Source: a virus
Lineage: Duplodnaviria > Heunggongvirae > Uroviricota > Caudoviricetes
Direction: 5' to 3' (one strand)
Length of the DNA: 64,000 bases
Virus record (IMG/VR): IMGVR_UViG_3300028422_001686
Part shown: one piece after another, positions 11,001-19,700 of the stretch
Numbering within the stretch: the stretch's first letter is position 1
Layout: each line of letters starts with the position of its first letter
Notes under the pieces: model-generated
Told to the model about the DNA's origin: nothing
The model's database searches: none
The model's input: the letters and a program-made list of their open reading frames with translations, nothing else
Made by a program: the position numbers and the translations under genes

Positions 11001-12619
11001 AGAAGATCTTGGCCAAAAGAATTAGCAAACTCTCTACACAAAAGAGTCCTATTAGAAAGGTTTATTCTTTCCGTAGACAACTCTTCTAGCTGAGACTCTA
11101 CCCAATCCCTACTTTTTTCAAAAATACCTTGCTCAATGGCTTCATCAATAGTACCTATTCCTAGTGGAGAAGTATTCATTAGCGCGGTGCCTAATGCTTT
11201 TGCGTCTAATTGATCAGGGTAGTTATCTTTAGCTTTACTATACTGAACTGATTTTCCATTCATCTTTATGTTATATCTATCTGAACAAATTTTCATTGCA
11301 GAAAGAATAGAGTTGTTTAGTTCAGAGACAGATCCTTTACCTTCAACCCCAAGTGTTGGATTTGAAGAGACAAGGCTCTCACTTAATTTCACATTAAAAT
11401 TAGAACAAAATGGAAGCCCTGGTATTGTTGTAGACTCCTGACCTTCTATCATGCAACTTAAACATTCATTTGGATCAAAAATACCAGAAGTATTATTTCC
11501 CATATCTACATATGTTTCTTTTGTAGTGTCTGAATAGATTTTATATTTAAGGATACTAATAAGTGGATGACGGATATAAATATTAGAAGATTTTTCCTTA
11601 TCCCTGTAGACCACACTATTCCTGTTAACAGTTTCTAGTGCGTTATTTAGAAGCTCCAGTTCTTCCGATGTCTCTACTGGTTTCTCTCCATCTAACTTTG
11701 CATTAGCAAAAAAAGACAAATTTAAGTCTGTTGTTGAGCCTCCTAAGAATTGAAAAGTAGGAGTTGTATGTCCCTGTAAGGGAATCTTTGCAATATTCAT
11801 TTTTATAGAAGCAGCTAAACTTCTAAGTAATAGGGCGCTTGATTTTATAGTATGTGTTTTTGGAACTAGTATTCTTCTATATCTGTAAGCATAGGCGTTG
11901 CCACTATTATCTCTATCTACACTCCACCCTTGTTTCCACAGCTTTGTTTCACTGTCTGTATCTCCAAGACTTGTATATAGTTTTTCTTCTGGTAGATATT
12001 CTTTAAAAAAAATCTCCATATCATCTGATAGAGTCTCTTTTATTTCATTAATATATCTCCCATCCAGGTAAGTTCCATTTTTAACATACTCATCAAACAA
12101 CCTTCCTGGCTTCTTTGATGGGATGCTTGCTCCATTTGGAGAGAGTTCTTTATAATAAAAGTTTGAAGAATATGGATAGTAATTAAAATAGCTCATTGTC
12201 AATCTAACTGAGATCATCTCAGGTGATTGTGAGTCGAATTGTATATCTACACCATTAACAGCAAAGGCGAGAGAAGACCCTTCTCCGATATTATTACCAA
12301 GAGAGGCTCTTGTTTCTTTTTCTATTTTTTCATTTTCGACATAAACGAATGGGTTTTTTCTTATTTGGATAAGCAAAGGAGCTAGTTGTGAGTTTATCCA
12401 TGAGGTAACTGTCTGCTCTCTTTTAGATAAATAATTTATACCTGTTGCAAACCTTAGGTCAACAAAAACAACAATATCCCTTTTACCTGATTTAACTTTT
12501 GTTGCAATCTGTGAACGAAGAGAAAAGGCACCCGTATTGTAATCATCCTTAACAATCTGGATTCTTTCTGGAGGTATTTCAAAAGTAATATTGTTTATAG
12601 TCAGTAGTGATGAGCTCAT
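8045..12619 (-). CDS. Large baseplate hub protein (gp27/GpD-like domain plus extra domains), 1524 aa
   Basis: GTKVQLRLGYDVNPNKLSVEFSGRVVKV fits the hub v.i.lGY...F.G.V pattern; position after the tape-measure locus. Confidence 0.6.
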   Translation of the reverse strand: MSSSLLTINNITFEIPPERIQIVKDDYNTGAFSLRSQIATKVKSGKRDIVVFVDLRFATGINYLSKREQTVTSWINSQLAPLLIQIRKNPFVYVENEKIEKETRASLGNNIGEGSSLAFAVNGVDIQFDSQSPEMISVRLTMSYFNYYPYSSNFYYKELSPNGASIPSKKPGRLFDEYVKNGTYLDGRYINEIKETLSDDMEIFFKEYLPEEKLYTSLGDTDSETKLWKQGWSVDRDNSGNAYAYRYRRILVPKTHTIKSSALLLRSLAASIKMNIAKIPLQGHTTPTFQFLGGSTTDLNLSFFANAKLDGEKPVETSEELELLNNALETVNRNSVVYRDKEKSSNIYIRHPLISILKYKIYSDTTKETYVDMGNNTSGIFDPNECLSCMIEGQESTTIPGLPFCSNFNVKLSESLVSSNPTLGVEGKGSVSELNNSILSAMKICSDRYNIKMNGKSVQYSKAKDNYPDQLDAKALGTALMNTSPLGIGTIDEAIEQGIFEKSRDWVESQLEELSTERINLSNRTLLCREFANSFGQDLLFRSIKTENKTGKENPYTCCSSDIKQYNYVVDDSCYPDLLLPKNDSGKYEQPDYYYYNQDDEYKEDVNSAQNSISKKYQEVFDNYYNSVISDTAKLKPTSQMQISPLMTPFASNEAAAKKDTDLGNMLVQMPLDPNQQNFVLRSSIENFTDTTYTMRRSMPTFKLYFMEPATSTSILSFGDMHSRRLKGQSSLWKSFADFYDLNSIVDIRMPVPEDGPAPTLIIRMTNTSDDILGSYYSDKTKTIDELNKKEEDKKKEVNSDPRDGLIFTEGTKVQLRLGYDVNPNKLSVEFSGRVVKVGGGDVIEIVCVGDGIELVQELKGVGVEEEYTFSGKNTTKIIGDLLLGAEELKNFGRKEKNVLGNVAPFTGNFLGYDSSPMMDNIFAPSIKDVGSKEWVSSTVGSFAKGIGLGTTASLVAGAIGVAVGLTATPILLIGGAAVAAGMIKDYIKGSRFVIYEQTIWDVLQELTLRHPGTICRVVPYDNRSTLFFGYPDQLYFYRGINYLSAINDNNGTLYEDTNRQIFENLYGDMSDRRSKKSLKTDSSEGDITNIKDCIKPFRNYHLVTSEHDIVLNEIMTNTDDVYNNIEVVHPDTGSNINADGSEGFSSYEKSGDIKADDDLNKNFIKKKTVLYHNAHKDYDPYMPQKYAVSTLCNSLKKAYTGKLVILGRSNIKPEDVVFIYDNYNGIYGSIKAGDVVQTLTPEKGWLTEITPRMIVFPSEATEGMLIKAIEKHIASVFIRNNLRFYSTFASQREFDIRYNQGNDQVLPGALTGALSGTSSALSTASTLANVAILGAGVKAAAPYFAGMSTAGGTLSKVLLTTASAAVPALKGMAGMVGKVAGIFGADFIASYVSGPITNWCEFRQPIGFMPLIRKGKPWYTGLYGFRNNTAMDAVSTFGKEILGDVKAITNFISDEFLPDLVSKEDKERYIVNDIKDKEKIRDAAWNEVVKKNKKVTSADIVNELSNGVELNSALEKVMNEYNR

Positions 12620-15600
12620 TAGTAACCCTTTTTAATTAAATCATCTATAGTATATTTTGACATCGATGATCTGTCATCTACTATTCTAACTCTGGTGTCT
12701 CCCTTGTTTGACATTTTTGTGATAGCAGAACTCTCTTTAGCTCCACCCTTAATAGATATTCTTTTCTTTTCCATTTTAGGTAAATCAAAGACAGTTTTTG
12801 GGTGAGATACAGTGTTTTGTTCTTGTTGAAGCTCATGGTCTCTACCTGTATCTTTTACTACCTCTAGTGTTTTTGCATCTGAATCTGTAAGAGTTGCAGC
12901 AAGACCTATCGCAGCAGCAGGAAGGACACCCCACTTCATGAAACGTGTATTTAACTTTTTAAAGACTTTTCCGGCAGAGTCTTTCATGTTCTGAACTCTT
13001 CCTAATACAGTGGGTTTAACTCTACCTTCTTCAAACATTTTTCTAGAGAAGCCTATAACATCATCTATATTCTCGTCATGAGATCCTATCATTCCCTTAA
13101 AGACTTCATCCGAAGTTATTGAAGCATAATATTCTGCTGTTTTAGAATTAAAACCTTTCCCGACAGACTCAATAATATCAGAAATCTCTTCTACTCTTCC
13201 GCCTTTCCAAGACCTCAATCTAGTCCCAATCTCGGTCCCTGTTTCTCCAAAAACAAGTTTATCAAAAGACCCTCTCATGGCCTCCATTCTTTTATTTACT
13301 GAAAGGTTCTTATTTCTTAATGTATCTAGAATATAATCTGCCTCGTTATTTAATAATGCCGAAGTACTTTGATGTTTTGCCTTTAAGATATTTTCTACGA
13401 ATAAGTGGGAGAGGTTTTCTGTCTTTGCTGCTAGATCTGGACTCATTCCACTCATAACATCCTTAGCCACACCAATGTGAATAGCTTTAAACTCATTTGA
13501 AAAGGATCCGATTGCGCCTTTTTCAAGGTATCTTGCAGAAAGATTTGTTTTTACAGTATCAGACAAGGACATAGATAGAACATCTCTTGGAGCCTTATTT
13601 TTGATAGTAAAAGAAGACATTCTTTTTTGTGCTTCCCAGTAGCTTCTAGACATCTGGGTTTGTTGATTAATAAACCTCTTTATTTCCTCTGATGCATCTG
13701 CTCCTTTAACCATATGTAAGTGCAGGGGGTCTCTGTCAAAGTCGACACCAATCCCTTTTCTAAATAATGACTTTTCTTGTTGGGCCCCAGAAAGATAAAT
13801 CTGATTAGGATCTACATCTTTTGAAAACTCTTCTGCAATTCTGATTTGTGTTGGAACTGATGTGGTGAAGCTTTCAGAAGGCTCCCTAGTCAATATCCCA
13901 TACAGGTCACCCCTCCTCGCTCTTTCAAGACCTTCTTCACCCAGTCTCTCTAATATCTTCTTCTCAGAAACAGCTACAACTGGACCAATAGAGTCATCTA
14001 GATGTCCTGCTGCTTTGGCCAGATCTCTACCAGCCTGATCTAGTCCAGGAAGTGATGAGGACGCTTTTCCGTAAACACTTGTGGAAATTTTAGAACTATA
14101 GAGGTTTGCCTCTGCTGTTTTTATGGCTTCTGCATGAGCTGACAAAAACTTTTCTTTTAAAGTATTTATTCTATCTGTACCTTCACCTTTCATTGCTGCA
14201 GTCAGTAGGTCTTTTGTCGCTCTATCTAGTTTTGCTAAAGATTTTTCTGAACCAATTTGTTTTCCTGTCATGTTAGACAGTGCTTCCTCAGAATAAACTG
14301 GAACCCTACTCAGCCCAGGGATTCTGCCTCCGACATCGACATTTAAAATATTTTTTCCTGTATACTCTAACCTCTTGGTTAAGTCTTGATCAAAAAGGTT
14401 CCTCATTGAAAGTGATTCAATAGATGGCCCAACCATTTTGCTATCTCTCATGGCAGATTCACCCTGTAACAGAGTTGACATCGCCTTATGTATATCTGTT
14501 GCCCCTGCGCGATTTCCATAAATATCAGATAGAGTTTCATTAAGCCCCATTGTAGATATATTTAAAGCAGCTCTTTCTGATAAGGTCCCAAGTCCACCAA
14601 ACCCCATCTGACTAAGATGATAGTCACCAGACGCCATATGTCTGAATAAGGCACCAGAGGCATATTCTTCGCCAACTGCTTTAGTAAGTGATCCTTCTTT
14701 TTCTACAGCCAGCTTAAGTGTATTGATAACTTCTGTGTTAGAAATACTTCCTGCATACTTCCCTTCTACCACACCTAGTCTTTTTAATTCTTCAGGTGTA
14801 GCTCCTGCAGCCTCTAGCTTGTTCACATATGACATATAGGCAGAACTTAGATCACGAGAACTTAATGCATCCTTTGTTCCAATAACTTCATCAACTGCAA
14901 TAGAATGAACACTGCTAAACATTCCTTTTATTTCAGACTTTATTAATTCTTTTTCTGTTGCCAGTCTATCTCTTACTCCAGAAACTTTCTGCCACTCCAT
15001 CTGCTCTAAAATACTTTCTGTCGGAGCTAAAGCCTTTACTACAGGCTTCCCTTTTCCTCCAGTAAAAAACTTTGTTCCAGACTCGATACCATAGTCTGAT
15101 TCCATCTGTATTTTTATCTTTCCATCAATGATAGAAACATTTCTAATTTTATCTTTTACTCCACGTCTAACTTTAAACTTAACTTGATTTCCATTTTCGG
15201 CAATAGCAAGAGATTTATTTTCCATAAAAGTCTTGAGCTCTAAATCTGCAGCCTCTCTTTTTGCAACCATTGAAGCCCAATGCTGTTTTAGCATTTCTGC
15301 CTCTTCAGTTTTTACGCTCCTAGTATAGGTCTTAAAAGCCTCCCTCTCACTTCTTCTATAGGTACTTCTTTTGTCTCTTAATGACCCTATAAGATCTAAG
15401 TCTGTATCAACTCCACCGGGTCTAGCCATGGCAGTAAATAGATCGTCTCTATTCATTCCTGTCGCTAACTCTAAATTTTTAAACATTATTTCAGAGCCTA
15501 TAGTCCCCGCATCTTTTACCTTGAAACTATAAGTATTCATATTGTTTTTAATGCGAACACCTCTTGCTAATCTTTGATTAAAAAGGATTTCTTCATCAGC

Positions 15601-16722
15601 GATTTCACCATAATCCTTCCCCATTAATGAAAGGACGTTTTCTAAGTCTGACTTCTCTGAGACAACGAATGTATTCATCTGTCCAATAGTATCAGAAAGC
15701 TCTCCTCCCCACTTTATGGGAGAATGTAGTCCAGATATTTGACTTTGTCTTACAAGCTGATATGATGATGAAGAGATCTCCGCTCCTGGTAGCCCAGAGG
15801 AGATTACCGATTCTGGAAGATTGACTACTCCTGCTGCCATTTGAGAGGCTGAACCTCCAGCCATTCCTGGGATTCTCTGCATTATATCTTTAGTCTTTAA
15901 AAGCCTTCCTTGTGTGCCAAGATCACTAAATGGATCTACAACAGCTTGATTAGCTCTCATCTTTGCTAAAGCTGGATTCTTTTGAGCTGAATCAAAAAAG
16001 ATTCCGGTAGAGTCTTCATATAGGGCAGCCTTCATTCCTGTATCTAATATCTCTTTTGGGGTCGTTTTGCCAGCAATGATCTGAGATAAGGAGTCTCTGT
16101 ATCTCTTAACTAAAGAGACATCTATTCCTTCTACTGCACCGGTTGCTGAGTCTGACAACACTGACCTTACAACATAACCTCTACCTAGATCTTTCCCTAA
16201 GGCCACCTTTCCTTCACCGGAAATTAAAGGAATATCAAACTTTTGCTTCTGCCCATCAATCAATGCCTGAACGGTAACGCCTCTAACATCAGAACCTTTC
16301 ATTCTCCCTATAAACTCTAGAGATCCTCTATCTGCGATACTTTCTAATCTTTCAGAGAAAGATGTTAGTTCTTGCATAAAAGCAGCTGATCTGCCACTAT
16401 AACCACTATAACTCCCCAAGCTTTGATTTAAAGAATTCAATGACCCAAAGGTTTTTGATTCCACAAACCTTCCTGCAGGATTAAAATTGCTTAAAAAAGA
16501 TGTAAAGTCTTGTGACGCAGACGTCGCTACGGAAGATACTTGTTTTGAGAATGATCCTGCTGCAGCTAAATTTTTAGATAAACTATGGTTCCTAAAAGGA
16601 TTTTTATTGATGCTCTCTCTGGCTGTAACATAGGCAGATGCTAATCCACCTGCAACTAATGCTCCACGCCCCATTACTGATGCCCAGTCATGCTTATCTT
16701 TAAATTCTATGTTTTCAATCAT
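12619..16722 (-). CDS. Putative virion-associated single-chain two-barrel RNA polymerase, 1367 aa
   Basis: In order: YGEIADEEILFNQR (cf. beta GYNFEDSILVSER), GTKFFTGGKGKPVV with K551/K559 eight apart (cf. beta GDKMAGRHGNKGVI), GILTREP (cf. beta' LNRAP), GVDFDRDPLHLH (cf. NADFDGDQMAVH). Confidence 0.7.
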   Translation of the reverse strand: MIENIEFKDKHDWASVMGRGALVAGGLASAYVTARESINKNPFRNHSLSKNLAAAGSFSKQVSSVATSASQDFTSFLSNFNPAGRFVESKTFGSLNSLNQSLGSYSGYSGRSAAFMQELTSFSERLESIADRGSLEFIGRMKGSDVRGVTVQALIDGQKQKFDIPLISGEGKVALGKDLGRGYVVRSVLSDSATGAVEGIDVSLVKRYRDSLSQIIAGKTTPKEILDTGMKAALYEDSTGIFFDSAQKNPALAKMRANQAVVDPFSDLGTQGRLLKTKDIMQRIPGMAGGSASQMAAGVVNLPESVISSGLPGAEISSSSYQLVRQSQISGLHSPIKWGGELSDTIGQMNTFVVSEKSDLENVLSLMGKDYGEIADEEILFNQRLARGVRIKNNMNTYSFKVKDAGTIGSEIMFKNLELATGMNRDDLFTAMARPGGVDTDLDLIGSLRDKRSTYRRSEREAFKTYTRSVKTEEAEMLKQHWASMVAKREAADLELKTFMENKSLAIAENGNQVKFKVRRGVKDKIRNVSIIDGKIKIQMESDYGIESGTKFFTGGKGKPVVKALAPTESILEQMEWQKVSGVRDRLATEKELIKSEIKGMFSSVHSIAVDEVIGTKDALSSRDLSSAYMSYVNKLEAAGATPEELKRLGVVEGKYAGSISNTEVINTLKLAVEKEGSLTKAVGEEYASGALFRHMASGDYHLSQMGFGGLGTLSERAALNISTMGLNETLSDIYGNRAGATDIHKAMSTLLQGESAMRDSKMVGPSIESLSMRNLFDQDLTKRLEYTGKNILNVDVGGRIPGLSRVPVYSEEALSNMTGKQIGSEKSLAKLDRATKDLLTAAMKGEGTDRINTLKEKFLSAHAEAIKTAEANLYSSKISTSVYGKASSSLPGLDQAGRDLAKAAGHLDDSIGPVVAVSEKKILERLGEEGLERARRGDLYGILTREPSESFTTSVPTQIRIAEEFSKDVDPNQIYLSGAQQEKSLFRKGIGVDFDRDPLHLHMVKGADASEEIKRFINQQTQMSRSYWEAQKRMSSFTIKNKAPRDVLSMSLSDTVKTNLSARYLEKGAIGSFSNEFKAIHIGVAKDVMSGMSPDLAAKTENLSHLFVENILKAKHQSTSALLNNEADYILDTLRNKNLSVNKRMEAMRGSFDKLVFGETGTEIGTRLRSWKGGRVEEISDIIESVGKGFNSKTAEYYASITSDEVFKGMIGSHDENIDDVIGFSRKMFEEGRVKPTVLGRVQNMKDSAGKVFKKLNTRFMKWGVLPAAAIGLAATLTDSDAKTLEVVKDTGRDHELQQEQNTVSHPKTVFDLPKMEKKRISIKGGAKESSAITKMSNKGDTRVRIVDDRSSMSKYTIDDLIKKGY

Positions 16723-19700
16723 GATAATCTCTTAAGGTCACGGAGGTAGCTTTTTACTTCTTCCTCTCTTGATTGACTTAGGTCTAAACTCGTAGAGTCC
16801 TTCTCTGAATTATATACTGTAATTGTAGGGTTTTCAATACCCATAGATCTTGCGTCCTTGTAAATATCAAGCATATCTGTTTCAACAGGAGCTGCAGCAG
16901 TCTCCATTAACTCATCGAGAGCTTGCTTAACATACGGTTTTCTTTCTAGTAAGTTAACCCTGTCTTCCCACAAATCATATTCGTGAAAGTCTCTACCTGT
17001 GTCGACCAGATATTGAAGTTGGATATCATCCATTTTTATTCTTGGGTCCCATCCAAGCCAATCATCTTTCGGTAATATGCTGGATGTCGTAGCCTCTAAA
17101 GCCCTAGAACTTCTCTCGTTAATTAAAAGGCTTTTTCTAGTTTCTATTTCTTTAATTTCTTTACTTCGACCTTCACTCTCTTCTTGAAGGCTTAGCTCTT
17201 CAAGTCTCTTTCTGTCCCATTGTGCAACATATATTTCTGCCATTTCTGGTGAAGTAAGTGAAAGAATCTCTCCTTTCTCTTCTTCTGTAGCGTCTAAAAA
17301 TCTTTCAAAATATGGTTTTTCATGTTTGGGTATAATGTATTTTAGGTTTTCTCTGTCAGAGTATGGATCAACTCCAGTCATGGTTCTTCTAGACATGAAG
17401 TTAAACTTATTTGCGGAACGCTTATCTCCAGATGCGATAGCCTCTTGTTCAAGTTTTTTATATTTTGCATATTCTAGTCTATCAAAAGCATTTAATATCT
17501 TTTCTCTCTCACTCTTTTCAGTTAGCTCTACACCATCAGCCACATCTTGAGCTGCTAAAGCAACTGCTGGTGCCGCAAAACTCTCTATTGGACTCATCCA
17601 ATCCCTAAAACTTTTAGAGACTTTTTCTCTTCTATATTCACTTACTGCAGAATAAGAAGGAAGAAAGGATGAAGCAGGAGAGAATGGAGTTAGCCTATCA
17701 ATTGGGTTAGATTTTAATGTTTCAGTAAAAACCTTTGCATATGTTCCAATGAAGCTGTCATCAGCCTCCAAGAACTCCTTTTTCTCTAGCTTAGACTCTA
17801 GCTGTTTATTTATTGTATCAACCGCATTCTTTTCCTCTTCAGACAATGCTGTTTTAAATATCTCATTTCTTGTATCTCTAAATTCATGTGAGTACGGAGC
17901 TAGGTCCGCCAAAATTCGATACCTATGTACTAGCGAATATTCTTCTGGATCAACCCCTTTAACATCTTTAAATCGAGAAGCATAACCTTCTCCTGGTAGT
18001 CGATATCCTGCATCTAGAATTCTATGATAAGGTGACCCCTCTTGAAAGTTAGTAAAGTACTCTTCACCTGGCATCCAAGATGGCATAGTATTTCTTATCT
18101 CATTTATCCTTTGCTCGAAATAAGATTCATGACCAAGAAGACGTCTGTATCCTTCTGTTAACCCAGCTGCACCACCTAGGTTTAAATCTGCATACTGTCT
18201 TCTTATTCCAAATAAGTCCTTAGATCTTTGAAGGTATGGTTCTCCCAAAAATAAGTCATGAGACCCTGTTAATCTCTCTTTCATTGTTTTGGCTGCAAGA
18301 CCCCTAAGACCTGCTGCTTCAGTAATGGCATCCCATGTCCGATGCATATACCCTTTAAACGAATATGGGTTGACTGGAGCAGGTGCACCAATTCCACCTA
18401 ATTCCTCAACTGGAGCTATTTTTGGATTCTCAGTTATTCGGTCTTTACTCCACTGATCCGTATGCATATATGCAGGTGGTTTAATAACCCTTCCAACAGT
18501 AGCCTCATAAAGAGTTGACAACATACCAAATCCAGCACCAGAACTACCTGCTACAGGGAAGGGACTAGTGTTGTACGTCTTCTCTTCTTTCCAGTAGGGA
18601 TTAACAAAACTTTTATATGCCTCTTCAAACGGATTAACTTCTATTGAGGGATCTAACTTACTGTCAGGCTTATCAATTAGTCTTCGATACCAGTTAGGTC
18701 TGTAGTACATAATCTGGCCACCCTTAAATGGGCCAGCATTAAACTCCCACCATCTACCCTTTCTAATTGCAACGTCTTTCTCTCCACTGTACTCTTTTTT
18801 TAATTCATCATAACTTTCACTAGAACCTATTCCAGTAAGTAAGAATGGGAGAGCTAGGGCCGCCCCTATTGTTGCACCAACAATAGAACCTCTTTTTAGT
18901 AGTCCATATTCTTTTTTATAAAGATCTAATGGTATCTTTTTAAACACCCCAGGTAGACTCTTTGTTTCCTGTAGGTTTTTTGCTAGAATCCTACCTCCAT
19001 CGCCAGAAGAGAATTCTTTTGCTGCTCCGTAAGAAGCTGCAGCAAAAAAGCCAGTTAATGCACCACTAAATGCACCGCCTGCAAAAGGCAAAATCCCGGT
19101 TGACCCTGGAGCAGATTCTTCTACGCTTCTTCTTAAAGAAGTTAACCCTAGGATGTCAGAGGTCTTTGCATATGATAAGTGTCCAGCCTTGACTACCTCT
19201 GCAGCGGCTCCAATAAGACCTGATTCACCAATTGCGGTTCCTTCTTCTCCTAAAGACTTAACCATCCAGTTTGCTGCACCTAAGGCAAAACCACCAAGTA
19301 CAACCTTTGGAAACAAATTCATAGCATGAGCTTTAGTTAATCCAAAAAGATTCTGTTCTAAAGCCTTAGCGTTTCCCACACCTAGTGATGGAAAAAAGGA
19401 ACCTAGTTTTTGTGCGGCAGATGTTATCCTTGGTGAGATATCAGGAACAACTTCTTCTAGTGCCCATGCTGGATTATCTAAAAGCTTTAAGTACTTAGTT
19501 AGTGTTTCATGTGCATAGGCACTACCAAATCGTAATGCTTTTGATACCCTGCTATTTCCTCCAGTAACAAGATATTCATATCTTTTTGGAAGGACTTTTC
19601 CTCCAACGTCTAATTCATATGACCTCGTAAACTGAGATAAACTTGCACCAAATTCTGTTACATTTCTTCTTGGAAGAAGGCCTGCATTTTTTAATAGAAG

